Origin: the human T2T-CHM13v2.0 reference genome, Homo sapiens
DNA: 64,000 bases
Direction: 5' to 3' (one strand)
NCBI RefSeq assembly: GCF_009914755.1
Contig: NC_060928.1
In this document: positions 29,872-43,901 of the stretch, in pieces
Layout: each line of letters opens with the position of its first letter
How positions within the stretch are numbered: position 1 is the first letter of the stretch
The notes under the pieces: generated by a model
The model's database searches: none
Told to the model about the DNA's origin: nothing
The model's input: only the letters and a program-made list of their open reading frames with translations
Position numbers and translations under genes: made by a program

Positions 29872-29983
29872 TAGGGTGACCAACTGTCCCAATTCACCTA
29901 GGACTGAGAGGGCTCCCACGACATGTGACTTTCAGTGCTAAAACTGGAAAAGACCTGGGAAAACTAACAAATTGTTCAGCCTA
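29872..29983 (+). mobile_element. MER81 (hAT-Blackjack MITE)
   Basis: tagggtgaccaactgtccc...gactttcagtgctaaaactgg...gttcagccta; 8-bp TSD atctatac/atctatag. Confidence 0.85.
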
Positions 29984-30444
29984 ATCTATAGCCATGGGTC
30001 AGAATAGCAAGGTAACAATTAGGATAAACAACTCTATAAGGTAAATGTAGCAGACAAATCAGCTACTTCAATGGGAAAAAAGTTTGATTTATGACCAAAT
30101 TGTCAAAGAAAGTCTGGTAAGAACTAAGGAACAATGGAAAATTAATCTCTTGTGCCTAGAGAATTGGGAACTTGGACTAAATGCTATTATTGGCAAGAGT
30201 TTTACTTCATTCTTCACAGTGTGATTCTCATCCAGCTCTTTCAAAAGGGTAACGATATTTAATACAATAACTGGAAGTAAAGTGGGTCATAATTATGATC
30301 ATAATGAGGATACATCTTCTAATGTTCCTCTTGAATGTGTTTAATACATCCATAAGTTATTTGAAAGAGAGATAAATTCTGTCCTCTACATCTCATGGTA
30401 CTCTGTGCAGTGTTGTGCAAACTCTTCATCAGTTAATCATCATT

Positions 30445-30880
30445 AAGTCCCCTTTTGTTGAAGACTTATTTTATGTCAGTCACTGTGCTAAGCACTTCAA
30501 CTGTATTACATCATTTAATTCTCATGACACTCTTTTGAGGGATGTGGTGTGCCCCGAAACCAGCTTGCCTCCACTTAAGAGAACTGATTGGATACGTCTC
30601 TTCCCATCTCCTTTTTCAGAGATTCCATGTTTTTAGCTTGAAATGGGTCATGGTCCAAGCAGTTACACTATAGAAATTGGAAAAATACTGAAAAATAGGG
30701 GACTGTTTGTTTGTTTTGATTAGCTGCATTATTAGCACTACTGGAGATACGTATCATTACCTCCATTTTCAGATGAGCTATATGAGTTCAAAAAAGCTAA
30801 GGAACGGCCCAAATGCACTCATCTAATAAATAATACAGCTGTCTGCATGATTCTAATGCATACATGTTTTATAACCAGGG
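30445..30880 (-). mobile_element. MIR split by MER63A
   Basis: cactgtgctaagcacttc..tcatttaattctcatgacac..tgagg [MER63] tatcattacctccattttcagatgag. Confidence 0.75.
30541..30744 (+). mobile_element. MER63A-like hAT MITE
   Basis: gtggtgtgcc...gagaactgattg..tctcttccca...tagcttgaaatgggtcatggt..ttacactatagaaattgg...agcactactg. Confidence 0.7.
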
Positions 30881-32189
30881 TACTTTGCCTTTCTCATGAA
30901 AGTACTAAAATTTATTTTTTTCTGCAATGTTGTAAAATTGCTGTCTGTACTATATGACAGAGAAATCACATCACCATTTATGTCCCTCTGTACTTTTGGA
31001 CAATTTTAAATTAGTTTCTCTGACTTCATCTGAAAATAATTACTATTGTATATTCTACTACTTTGTACCAAAATAAATTTAAGTTAGCTTAAAATGTTAA
31101 AAAAAAAAAGCAAAAAGTTAAAATGACAGGTTCTGAAGTATGTGAATTTTAATTTTATTTGTAAAGTTTCTCCTTAATAATAAAGAATTTAGAAGTGCAT
31201 TTATAGACTAATATTTTTATTATGCTGAATTCACTATGCATTAAGAATATAACAAATAGGAACTAATCTCCTGAATACACTGATCATAAGGAAATGTTGC
31301 CAGAAGAAGAGATGCTTCCTAGTCTATATAAAAGATACTTGGTTTTCTACCCAGTTTGCTTATATCCTTTTTCTGTAATGGAATCATACTCTTATTTCCT
31401 CATTACAATTTCTTTGGGCTCTTTTTTTAATTTATATTTCTCTGCTGAGCATTCTTATTCTTTCATTTATACAAGCATTTTTTTCAAATCACAAGATATT
31501 TTAAACTCTTTCTGTGCTAATTAAAAAGTGTTGTATGTTGACATTGATTACCACTAAATATCTTTTTTAAAGAATGAATCCTGTTTTTCTGCTTTTCAAA
31601 AATTTTTAAATAATTCTGTTTTGTCTTCTAGATATTGTGAATATTACTTTGTGAATATTATAGATTCTATTTCCCTGAACAGGATTGATTTTTGTTGTTT
31701 CAGTCATCAATTAACTAGGTTGGTATTAAATTACAAACTATCTTTTGATGGCAGTTCAAATCTCAGTTCAGTGCTTTATTCTTGGCTGGGATGTTTAAAG
31801 TTTTTCACACAAAATGCATGGTTTAGGAGCCCGCCAGGGATTTTGCATACTTTTTCCATAGAACTTAGGACTCCCTATGTGTAACTCCTATTTTTCTGGG
31901 AGTTTTCCCTTACTTTCCAGCAGTTATGGTTGTCCAAAATGAGAAAGATTGTAGGCTTTTATTAGAGATTTAGTCAGCACATATGGCAGAGTCTAAAAAC
32001 CCTCAAGCTAGCAACTGCAAAATTGAGCAATTGCCCCATGTCTTCCCTTTATCCAAAGGTTGACTTCTCTCCATAATTTTTCTCACCTTCCTGTGCCTTC
32101 AATAGTTTTTCTTTGTTTTACTTTGCTTTTTGGCTTATGTAGGGATACATTTCTATCATTTTAACCTTGTATTACTTGCATCAGTTCTA

Positions 32190-32690
32190 TGGCATATTAA
32201 CATTATTCTTGGGTTACAAGTAAATACAACTCAGCTTATCTTAAAACAGAGAAATGAATGGCTTACAATACTGAAATATTCCAAGAGTAACCTCAAGAGC
32301 AGCCGGATCATGGTGTTCAAAGAGTATCACCAGGAATTTGTCTTTCTTACATATATTATAACCTGGCTGTGATTCTTCATGGGCTTTGTTCTGAAGGACT
32401 CTCCTCTATGGTTCTCAAAGGTCCAGGCTTATGTGCTACCAGATTAAGTACATCAGCAGGAAGAGGCTTGCACCAGATGGTTCCAACAAAAGTTTAGAAC
32501 CAACTTTTATTTTTTGGCCGATGGATTGACCTATTCCTAAACTAATCCTTATGACTGTACTCAATCAAAGGTAGATCTGTTTGATCTCTGGAACTGAGTG
32601 GTGAGTTCAGCCCCATGTAAGCCACATAGACTGGGATTGTCCCTAAAGAAAAAAGAAGGTGGCCATACTAAATGGAAGAAAGGCTGGTAG
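32190..32690 (-). mobile_element. Old MLT1 (K/L-like) MaLR LTR
   Basis: ttcttgggttacaagtaaatacaactcagcttatcttaaaac...agccggatcatggtgttcaaa; diverged. Confidence 0.45.
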
Positions 32691-34144
32691 AGTCAAGTAG
32701 AATCTCTCTGATGACACAGACAAGGAGAGAAAAGCATGTCAGGTTGAAAGAGATAGAATGACCAATAACAGATGGTGACAAAAGTGAGCCCTTGTTCATT
32801 GTCAGCTTTCTCCTTAGTCCTCTTAAGAGCTGAGCCCAGGGCCTCCTCTTGAGTACATTTCCATTCTCTGACTCTTTTCATTAGTATTCTCATCTCTCTT
32901 CTCTTACCAACAGGGTCAGGGATTTAGTTCTGTTTCATTTTATCAGCATAATCAAACAATTTTCCTTATGCATGGGAAACAGCTAGGGACATATATCCAA
33001 CAAAAACTTCATCCCTTCCAAAAGATTCTGAAGATGTGCAACACTCTTGTCACCAACAATGAAAATATACCAAGAAAATAAAACAAAAGCAATAAAAGTA
33101 TACTCAGAACACAAAACAAAGTCTCCACGGAAAAAAAAAAGTCATAAATACAAACAGTTTGTAAACAAGAGCACATAATTTCCAAAAATAATTCTTTCAG
33201 TTTACAATATGATTTTTGTTCCTCATATAATTCATACAGATATGTAAAGAGAATGTATAATTTTACTAGCTTGTGGTAAGAATAAATTCACATTTATTTT
33301 CATGTGTGCATTATAATGGCTCTCGGGCCTCAACTCTAGTCACAAGGGAGTCCATTATTTCACTCAGGTTAAACTTGCCTTGATATTGTGCATTCAGAAA
33401 GCATCTGCAATATTTGTTTCCTTTAACATTCAGTGAGCTCAGTTCTAGTAATATTATTGATTCTTTTCTCTCTACTAATAATCTCTACATAGAGAAAGCC
33501 TTTAGTTGTTTTTACTAGTCTTTCAAAGTGTTGTTTTTCTTCTTTTATGTAGATAAAGCCACTTCACAGCTCCAGGTTGATGTCCAGTAGACTGTTCAGT
33601 CCCTCATTTTCTAATTTACCACTCATCTATATCATATACAAAGGCCTATTAAAAGAAGTAAAAATGCTGGCTTTGTTCTTCCTACTATAGGAAATGGTCT
33701 ATTAAACAGAAGATTCCCTTGAGATTTTACGCTAGAGAAAATAGGCATGTATTTTCTGCTTCTAGATGCCTCCTTTGTAAATAGAGGCAGAATTCCAAAG
33801 GAAGGATTGCGAATTACAATCTGTTGTCTCATCCATACATCTTCTGATAGATGTGGTTTCTGCTCCCCCCATAAACAAGACCATCACCCTATAAGAGTCA
33901 CTGGTGCCATACTTCACAGTGTCAACTGGCCTTTATTATTTTCACAAATCATTGAGAAAAAATAAAACAAAACCCCTAAGTTATGATTGGGGAAGATATA
34001 TTAAGCCAAAGTATAACCTCCCTTTCGAAAGATAGGCTACTTTAATAATTTAAATAAATAAAGCATAGAGAATTTTTTTTCTACTTGTCCATTTATCAGT
34101 ATATGAGAATTAGCAAAACTCTACCTAATGGCATATGTTGGGTT

Positions 34145-34163
34145 TGTGTGTGTGTGTGTGTGT
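34145..34163. repeat. (TG)n microsatellite
   Basis: tgtgtgtgtgtgtgtgtgt. Confidence 0.9.
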
Positions 34164-35004
34164 ACACTTATTCACATAATCATATAGATAGATTTATATA
34201 ATATGTATCATATTACTTTGTACTTAGTGACAGCATTTACAAAGTCTTGCATCAGCAATTTATTCATCTATCCTGGGAGTAGTGTTAATTGTGCTATTAT
34301 ACTAATGGTTTATGTATAACCCAGCCTTCAAACGGGCTTCATTTAAAATTGGCAGTGCTAACTTACACCTGCAAAAAGGTGAGTATTTTTCTCCTAACTT
34401 GGGAATATAGGAGGCTGTTTCTCATCACATAACATACGCCTAAGGAATAATATTTTTGCTTGCTGTGATTATTATGCAAAGCCATAAGGCACACTTCTGT
34501 ATTAGAAGAAACTTGCTGAAGAACTTTAGGAAAATTATGACTCTTACAAAGTAACCACATGCTGGACAGGATGTTTATTTAAAACATTTGTTTGAATACA
34601 TATGAGGCACAGTAAATAAGATTACAGAATGATCTTGCATTTAAATTAATCATTTCATTTTTTCATAGCATTCACCAATGTGAATATACAACATTTTTAT
34701 CTTTACTAAAGTATTTTATTAATGGAGACTATATGTTCTTACTTTGCAAAAAATGAATAGACCACATTATTTATGGTAATCGCATTCTCACATTTAGTTT
34801 GTTTAAATGGCATACATTAAGTAATTTAGATAATCTAATTCTAGCACACAAAGTGTAATGGCTAACTTATTAACTAGCATCAATCCCTACTGATCAAAGA
34901 TGAAGCAGTATTCAATCATTTGGTGGCTTTGAATCTATAGCATCACTTTCAGTGTGACAGCTTTCCTTCCTATCCCAACACCAAGGTCATGTTAAAGCTC
35001 CTCA

Positions 35005-35118
35005 CCAGAACATAAGTTCTGTGAGGGCAGGGGCCTGTCTCACCTGTTCATGTTTATATCCAGAATATGTTATGAATATTACCTGGTTTAATACATATCA
35101 ATTTAATAAATGAATGAG
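35005..35118 (+). mobile_element. L2 3' terminus
   Basis: taagttctgtgagggcaggggcctgtctcacctgttca...aataaatgaatga. Confidence 0.75.
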
Positions 35119-35534
35119 TTTAAAAAATTCATTTTTTCTTAGAAGTGCAAGTGTCCATATGTGTATGAATAAAAGAGAGGGAGATACTGAGTATAGATTG
35201 AGACTCCACTTCTTTTAACATTATAAGCCATTTTGACCTCACATGTTCTGAGAAATCTTGGTTTCTTATGATAATTTTTGATACATAAGCAGAATATGTA
35301 TGAGGAAAAAAAGAATTTTTGAGTTGATAATTTCAAATGATAAATTCTGATGCCTGTTCGTCGAACAGCTATGTCTTCCCAGAGTTCTCATCAACCGAGT
35401 GTTTACTGAACATCTGTTGTATGCCTGCAGGGATTCTGGGAGGAACTGTGAATGTAAGGGGGGAAAGCTTGCATGGTTATTTCATTTCTGTATAGTATGA
35501 TACATAAAGATTGTCTTAAACTTATGCTTCAGCA

Positions 35535-35650
35535 TGTGGAATATAATAAGGTTTCCCTTCAAATAATCTGATCAATCTTTCATTCTTTAATTCATAGTAT
35601 CCACCCCCCCGCATTTTTCTCCCTTTTTCTCCTTTTTTCCTTCTTGCCTA
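35535..35650 (+). mobile_element. Possible 5' fragment of an ERV1 LTR (LTR10-like)
   Basis: tgtggaatataataaggtttcccttcaaataatctgatcaatc resembles LTR10-type 5' ends; the rest of the LTR is absent. Confidence 0.35.
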
Positions 35651-36531
35651 AAAAAAGTTATAACAAGCAAGCAGTAACATTTAAAGTCATTTCCTAAGGA
35701 GTTAAAAAAAAGTTAGTGAGAGTTACCACCATTAGATTCAGTTTTCTCCACTCCATTAGTTAATTTTCTTTTTCAGGCCACTAAATGATTAACAGAATAA
35801 TAAGTGATATAGAAGAGATGTTGGCATCTTGATCTCATCTCCACCCTTTGTCTTATCAACGCTATCCTCTACTGTTTAGTATTACAGTGGAGGTAAACCT
35901 AGCTATAAAGTACTTCCTTTCTGTTCATAAAACTCAATCAATGCAATAAATAAAATGAATACTCTTGGGAAGAAACCAAGATATGCTTACTGCTTATTGT
36001 GATTATATCTTTAAGATATAGAAATTGCTAAAAAACCAACATAGATGTGTTGTCTAGATAAGAAAGTGTTCAAACTCAGTAGAGCTTCTGTCTACATTAG
36101 TCTGAATGGAGAAAATAGATGCACAAATCATAAATTAATGCCTGGAAACAGCCTGTGAACTTTTGCCAGCAACAGCTAATTTGCTACAATGGGGTTTCGG
36201 GAAAATGACAGTTTCAGTCGGTATGGGGAGGTGAGCAGAGCCATTTGAGAGGATGGAGAGGACGGTGCCTGCCAATAGATGTTGGCTGGGGATTGTCAAC
36301 CTGCTGAGTACCAGGACTCATCAGCATATTCAATGTTATGAGCACAGACATTCTCTTTAAAAACATAAGCCATGAGAGGGCAATGTGGCTGCAGACTGCA
36401 GAGAATGCAGGTGGATGACACATCTACTTAGAAAAGTTGTGGTAACTGGGAAATGGGAATATAAAGAAGCCAGATACAAAAGGAAAAAGGGAAAAGGTCA
36501 GAAGTAAATTTGCAAGAAATACGAGTATAAG

Positions 36532-37088
36532 ATTTTATTTTTTATTTTTTGGTTTTAAATTATGGGATACATGTGCAGCACATGCAGGTTTGTTACATAG
36601 GTAAATGTGTACCATGGTGGTTTGCTGCATCACTTAGGTATTAAGCCCCACATTCATTAGCTATTTATCCTGATGCTCTTTCTTCCTTCCCCCTCTGACA
36701 GGCCCCAGTGTGTGTTGTTCCCCTTCCTATGTCCATGTGTTCTCATTATTCAGCTCCCACTTATAAGTGAGGATATGTAGCACTTGGTTTTCTGTCCCTG
36801 TATTAGTTTGCTGAGGATAATGGCTTCCAGCTCCATCCCTGTCCCTGCAAAGGACATGACCTCATTCCTTTTTATGGCTGCATAGTATTCCATGGTATAT
36901 ATGTAGTATATTTTCTTTATCCAGTCTATAATTGATGGGCATTTGGGTTGATTCCATGTCTTTGCTATTATGAATAGTACTGCAATGAACACACATGTGC
37001 ATGTATTTTTATAATATAATGATATATTATATTATAAATGTCTATTCCTTTGGGCATATGCCTAGTAATGGGATTGCTGGGTCAAATG
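36532..37088 (-). mobile_element. 5'-truncated L1PA (PA10-13-like) 3' end
   Basis: gggatacatgtgcagcacatgcaggtttgttacataggtaaatg...ggtattaagcccca; ORF 36750-36992 TWNQPKCPS..YTMEYYAAIKRNE. Confidence 0.9.
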
Positions 37089-37161
37089 CTAAGCATTTTA
37101 AGTAATATTTTTTTAATTAGTAAAGTAATGTATTCAATGCAAAAAGAGAAAAAGACAAATA

Positions 37162-38005
37162 CAGTCACGCACTACCTAATAACATTTTGGTTAGCAATGA
37201 ACTCCATATACTATAGTGGTCCCATAAAATTATAATGGACCTAAAAAATTCCTACAGCCAAATGATGTAGTGCAATGCCTTATTCATGTGTTTGTGGTAA
37301 TGCTGGTAGAAACAAGTCTACTGAACTGCCAGTCACATAAAAAAATTAAAAATTTAAAGATAGAAAAGTGTTTATAGGAAAAGAATATAAAGAAAGAGAA
37401 TATTTTATGCTGCTCTAAAATGTGTTTCCATATAAAGCTAACAGTTATTACAAAATAGTCAAAAAGTTAAAAAAAACCTTTGAAAGTGTATAAAGTAAAA
37501 AGTTTCAGTAAGCTAAGGTTAATTTATTATTGAAGAAAGAAAAATGTTTTTTATAAATTTAGTGTAACCTAAGTGTACAACATTTATAAAGTCTACAGTG
37601 GTGTGCAGTAATGTCCTAGGCCTTCACATTCACTCATCACTCACTCAGTTAATCACACAGAGCATCTTCCAATGCCTGCTGCATTAATGGTAAACGCCTT
37701 ATATGGGAGTACCATGTTTAATCTTTTATATCCTATTTTTATGTACTTCTTCTACATTTAGATACCCAAGTACTTACGACTGTGTTATAGTTGCCTATCA
37801 TTTTACTGTAATTGCTTATAGTATAATTGCCTACCTGTGCAGGTTTGTGGCCAAGGAGCAATAGGCTATCCATGTAGCCTATGTGTATAGTAGTCCATAT
37901 CACCTAGTTTTGTGTAAGTACATGCTATGATGTCTGGCCAATGATGAAATAGCCTAAGGATGCATTACTCAAAACGTATTCCTGTCATTAACTGATATAT
38001 GACTG
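37162..38005 (+). mobile_element. Tigger3/Golem non-autonomous derivative
   Basis: ta|cagtcacgcactacctaataacattttgg..gtggtcccataaaattataatgg ... cgtattcctgtcattaactgatatatgactg|ta; TA target duplication. Confidence 0.9.
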
Positions 38006-39469
38006 TAATGTTAGAAAATAAAGAAAATCATGAATAGAATAAAAATAACTCTAATCACCCCAAGTAGTACTGTTAAAACTTCATTATGAATTTTTTCTGG
38101 AATTTTTAGCTAAAAAATATAAAATAATGTAAAAAAAGAGGTATCAAGATTTATGTTGGTCTAATCTATAGTAATGAAAATATTAATTTACTTATATTAA
38201 AAGCAGCTAATTTATAAATTAGACTAATTGCAGCAAACTACCAAAAATGTTATGAATACCTCCTATTAACCTACAGTTTTACCTATATAATAGCAAATAG
38301 ATTATTGAGAATAGTTACCAATGTGTATATATTGACAGAAAATAATGAGACTATAAACTATTTCTATACTAATTATATTACATTAAACTCCTCTGCTTCA
38401 AAATATAATACTTGTGAACAGGTGTGATATGTCACAAGAAAACTTTTAGTTGTTCATTAAATCGTCTGACTGAATCTTATGCTTGTCATACTTCTTGTTC
38501 AGTATTGGAATACAAGTAATAATACATAATCAGGTATAATGGAATAAAATGTTAATGCAGTAACTGATGAATTTTCCTACTTTGGGCTTTGTGGAATTTC
38601 TCCACCTGTGTCCATCTCATCTCTCAGCCTAGGCATTACAGTAATAATTTTCTCCAGAAAGTTTTACTTGTAGAGCCAATGACACCCACCTGCCCTCCAG
38701 TCCTTCCTTTCCCAAACCAAGAATAGTAATGATACTGTCTCTAAGCAGGGATGAAGAAAAGTTAGAGAAAAAGTAAGGGAAGTTAGACACTGGGGGGTTT
38801 GCAGAGATAGAATAAAGCTGTGCAGGGGTAACTGCATGGGATGCTGAAAGTGGATGGAAGTGGGAGGTGACCTCTCCACATCCTCTGGGGGTCAGAATGT
38901 TTTGGAGAAAACAAAACAAATTTTCCAGTTTTTCCAATAAAGTGTTAGACCTCAGTTGAGAAAAAGAACCAGTTAAGAAGGTCAAGGATACGATGAGAGT
39001 GAACTATAGAAACAGCAAGGATTTTGAAGCCTGGGAACCCCTATAGATACCAGATTGAAAACATGTCCTCTACATCTTCAGAGGAGCAGAATCTATGGAC
39101 TCTCATAAGAGAGGATGGTCTCATATCTACCCACCCTGCACCTCAACTTATTTCATAATGGTGCATAAACTCCTTTGAACTTATTCGAATTGACTTAGAG
39201 TAGGTTTTTCTGTAATGCAATAGAATATGGCTTAAGATCTTTTAAAAACCCGTTACAAAAAAGAAAACTTTGCTCTTTTAAGTATTCAAACTCAAAAAAT
39301 ATGTATAGTTTTTTCTAGTATATTTTAGTTTGCTACTTACATTTTCAATTAACCTCACAATATCTCCATATTTTAGTTATTATTGGCTTCCACTTTTCAT
39401 TCATTCACCATAAAAATGTGTTAGGTGATATTAGAAGCTCAAATCTGTACTAGTTTCTAGACACCCCCT

Positions 39470-39890
39470 GTTGTGACAAACACCTCTTGTGACTCACCTA
39501 ATATTTGCTGGACCCAAATTAACTTCACTCATATTTATGGCAACCATGCTCAAGATGGTGCAACCTGACAAACACTTAAACCTCATTGATTCCAGATACC
39601 TCTCATTTATGCATGTTCAACCTGAAAATGTGGGGAAGTCATCTTTATCCCATGAGGTGACTCTTGACCAAAGGGGCCTACAAGCTAATGAATAGACGTT
39701 CCACATTTTGCTGCCTTAAATAGACAATTCAGAAGTACATGGTTTGTGGTTTCTTAAAATCTCTTGGCATGACTGAGCCTCAATTATCCACAGCAGTTAC
39801 CAACTCAAGAAAGAACCTCAGCATGGGCTTTCCCATCTTCTCTGTGCCCCTTGTCATTATTTCCCAAACAAACTACCTGTGCACAAATAT
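39470..39890 (+). mobile_element. Old ERVL LTR (LTR40/LTR16E-like)
   Basis: gactgagcctcaattatccacagcagttacc...cccaaacaaactacctgtgcac. Confidence 0.5.
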
Positions 39891-39955
39891 GAGAATGTCT
39901 GTATGCTGGGTGTAGAGTACTATGGTACTAATTTAACAGAACAGGTAGAACTCAT

Positions 39956-40298
39956 TGTCTTAGTTCATGCAGGCTGCTATAATAAAATCCATAAACTGAG
40001 TGATTTATATACAACAGAAATTTATTTCTCATAGTTCTGAGAGTGGGAAAGTCTAAGATCAAGTTGCTGGCAGCGTCGGGATATGGTGAGGGCCAATCTT
40101 CCCACTGTAACTTCACATAGTAGAAAGGATGGGGGTCTCTTTTGGGCCTCTTTTATAAGGGCAGTAATCCAAATCATGAGGGCTTCATCCACATGCTATT
40201 ATGACCTCCCAAAGGTGCCACCTCCTAATGCCATCGTCTTGGGGATTAGAATTTCAACATATGAATTTTGAGAGAATATAAACATTCAGACCATAGCA
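39956..40298 (-). mobile_element. MLT1A-type MaLR solo LTR
   Basis: tgtcttagttcatgcaggctgctataataaaa...aacattcagaccatagca; perfect 5-bp TSD ctcat at 39951-39955 and 40299-40303. Confidence 0.92.
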
Positions 40299-41804
40299 CT
40301 CATGGAAACTAATGATTTGTGGTGGAAAAACACTTGATAGAGAAGACATTATATTGAAGTCGCTTTTTTTAAGAGTAGGTAACTAATGAGAAGTGCAGCT
40401 AGCATTGAAATCAGTACTTCACATTTTCGAAGTATGTTATTTCCACTGTAAAATGGAAACCAACAATTTATAGTATTATAGTTTATGTTGTAGTGCTAAG
40501 AACCATAGAGAGTATTTAAACTTATTTCCCTTATTAAATGCAGTATTAGTTTTTTTAATAGGCAATGATATGAAAAGAATGAGAGAAATGAGACATTATA
40601 TGAAATGATTTAGATTGAGATGTTTAGTAGCAGATTCAAAGAAAGGACATTCAAGCCAAGATCCACAAGAAGCAAGTGTGGGAAAGTAAAAACAAAAATA
40701 ATAAGTTTTGTTTGATAAGCAGAGAAGATGAAGTGAATGAGAAAGACACAAAATAATTCATGTAAACCACTTGGCTTCTCAAATACAAATAACATTTATT
40801 TCCATTCAAAAATTCAAAATGAAAACATCAGAAAAAAATGAAATTATAAAAATAACTTGTCTGAAGATCTCTGCTACAACCAGAATCACAGCTGTCTATT
40901 GTATTTTTTCTGTTACACAGTTGCAGACATTTTGTTAGAGTCCCTACAGAAAGAATATTTTTCAAAAATAATGCAGCTGGTCTTTAGTTATATGTGTTTG
41001 AATTACAACCTCATTAACATTGTACAGTGATATTCTTAAACGTGGGCTCTATTTATAATGCCCTTTTCTTCCAGTCAAGTGTTCATTTTAAGCAGCATTA
41101 TCATACTTGGAGAAAAATATTAAATTAGTTATTGCTATCTTGTTGCAGGAAATTTAAAATGTCTTACATGGAGTTTTAGAGTTTTCTTAAATGCCCTGAG
41201 GTCATAATGGAAAATCTAATGAATATTATCAGGCAGTAGCTGGATGGGTTCAAGTGTTCCTAACCAGTTTCAACCACAGGAGTCGTCTTGAGTATGTTGT
41301 CTTGGCTTCCTGGTAAGATATCATTCATAGATATGTATGTTATTAAAATATTAAGAAACAGAAAATTAAAGTGATAATACCAATGGAGAGAAATGTAGGC
41401 TATTTAAATTTAAAATAATTGACACAAAATTATAAACTTAAATGTGCTTGAAATTTTAAATCTTTAGCTTGAATTGAAAGTGACTAGACTTAAGGAGGCT
41501 GAATATAGGTTCAGTGCTGAAAGAATAAGCACAATCAAATAAGAAACATGATATTCTAGAAATATATGGTGGAACATTCTATCTAGAAGAGAAGTAGGCA
41601 GTAAGATGTTTCATTGTTTTAAGCACTGGGATTTTAGCAAATTTCTTTAACAATTATTTGTCAAGCTGCTGCTTTGTGCCAAGCACTTTCTGATAAATAG
41701 GACTATACAAGTGAACAAAATGCCCCTTGGAACATACATTTTAGTAAAGAATAGGAAACAACATTAAGAAACAAAATAAATAAGCCAATTATACATTAGG
41801 TTGA

Positions 41805-42248
41805 CTCATAGTTTCCTATGGCTGTTGTAACAATTTACCACAAATTTGGTGACTTAAAGGAATAAGGATTTCTTCTCTTATAGTTCAGAAGGCCAGACAT
41901 CAGACACAAGACTCTAGGGAACAATCTGCCTCCGTGTCTTTTCTAGTTTATAGAGGTCAGCTGCATTCCTTGACTGGTAACACCTTCCTCACATCATTCC
42001 AACCAGTTTCTTTCATCATCACATCTTCTCCTTTTCTTTACTAAAATATCTTTCTGTCTCCCTGTTATAAGTCCACATGTGATTACGTTTGGGGCCCTGC
42101 ACACATGGATAAACCAGTATAGTTTCCCCATCTCAAGACCCTTTATTTAATTACATCTGCAAATTACCTTTTGCCATATAAAGTAACACTCACAGATTTA
42201 AAGAAGTAGGGCCTGGATGTATTCAGAGGCCATTATTCAGTCTATTAT
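41805..42248 (-). mobile_element. MLT1C/D-type MaLR LTR
   Basis: tagtttcctatggctgttgtaacaatttaccacaaatttggtgacttaaa...taattacatctgcaaa..ttttgccatataaagtaacactcacag...ggccattattcagtcta. Confidence 0.85.
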
Positions 42249-42921
42249 TGAGTGATTAATGCAATAGAAAAAAAAAAGTCACATAGGATGAGAGGTTGAG
42301 AAAATCCTTGAGGTGCTACTTTTTAGTAGTCATCAGTGTAAACCCCATTGAGTATGTGATAGTCGTCAAAAGAATTCAAGCAGATAGGAAGCTGTGTGAA
42401 TATCCAAGCCAGAGCACTACAAGCAGAGGCAACAGCCATTTAGAAAAGATGTGTCAGTGTGGCTAAAGTTGAATCAGGGAATGGAAAAAAAGTGGAAGTT
42501 AAGTCAGAGAGTAACTGGAATAGTTAGTCATGTGAGACCTTGCAAGGAAGTAAGCTATTACACAAGTGAATGAGGGGCTATTTCAGGTTTTGGGGCAGAG
42601 AAATGACATGACATAACTTACAGCAGGATCACTCTGGCTGTTGTGTTGGGAGTAGCCTAAAAAGGGTAAGAGGGAGAAAAGGGAGACTGGTTAGATATTG
42701 CAGAAATCTGAGAAAGAAATTATAGCTGGAACCAGAGGGGTAGCAGTGAAGTGGGAGAAATATTCAAACTCCAGATTTGTTTTGAAGGTAGGGTCAACAT
42801 GATTTGTTGGCATATTTGCATGTAGTATAAGAGAGAAACTGAGGGGTAAATATGACTCCAGAATTTGAACTAAGCCTTAGAAGAAGACTATCGAAGGATA
42901 AACTTAAGAATAAGGTCAGGA

Positions 42922-43261
<340 letters not shown>

Positions 43262-43611
43262 TCACTTTTGAATGTTTTAGTTTGAAATTTCTAGTAGGCA
43301 ACCAAGTAGAAATGTAGTCACCACATGATCAGGCTGCAGTGAAAGCAATGTTCTCAGAGGAGAACCATGCTTTCAGGGGTTTCAGAGAAGCAGGGGAGTA
43401 TATAATAAGGAATTGGGGCAATAATGGTTCATACATTTCAGAGGACATAGTGGATGGGTTTCACAATTTAAGGGGTCGAAGAAGAGGAGAAAATTGAGAA
43501 TATGCTGATCCTTAGATGGCATGAAGTCCAGGAGGTTAGGTGTTACCTAGAAGTGACTTTTGAACACTCATGGGGAAGAAGCCGACTTAACGGATGCATT
43601 GATGAGGTTTA

Positions 43612-43728
43612 GGTAGGGTAATTGTTCTTAAATACTTTTAGGAGTAAAGAGGGCACTAGTCATAATTCCTGAGACAACAAGCTTAAATGGAGACTGTCGC
43701 AAGCAAGCTGAAACCCCTGTTCTTCCTA
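43612..43728 (+). mobile_element. MER94-like hAT-Blackjack MITE
   Basis: acttttaggagtaaagagggcactagtcataattcctgagacaacaagcttaaatggagactgtcgcaagcaagctg. Confidence 0.65.
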
Positions 43729-43851
43729 GGTTGAGGATATCTAGGAATGTCAGTTGTTATTATGAATGCATGTCTCCTTCTTGGACCCTGGTGATGGGGT
43801 AAATGGTCTTAGGAGGAGTGGTCATGGTCCCAGAATGCAAGATACACTCCT

Positions 43852-43901
43852 TAAAAGTATTTTTTACTTTTATTTATTATGGATTCATAATAGTTGTATA
43901 T
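43852..43901 (-). mobile_element. Ultra-short (50 bp) L1MA-type 3' terminus with 14-bp TSD
   Basis: TSD caaga(t/c)acactcct at 43838-43851 and 43902-43915; insert ttttacttttatttattatggattcataatagttgtatat resembles the L1MA end at 371-408. Confidence 0.75.

Noticed and set aside
38620-39230. Possible old LTR and the 118-aa ORF 38629-38985
   Set aside because: Only a weak LTR-like 3' end; the family could not be assigned and the ORF has no recognisable domain.
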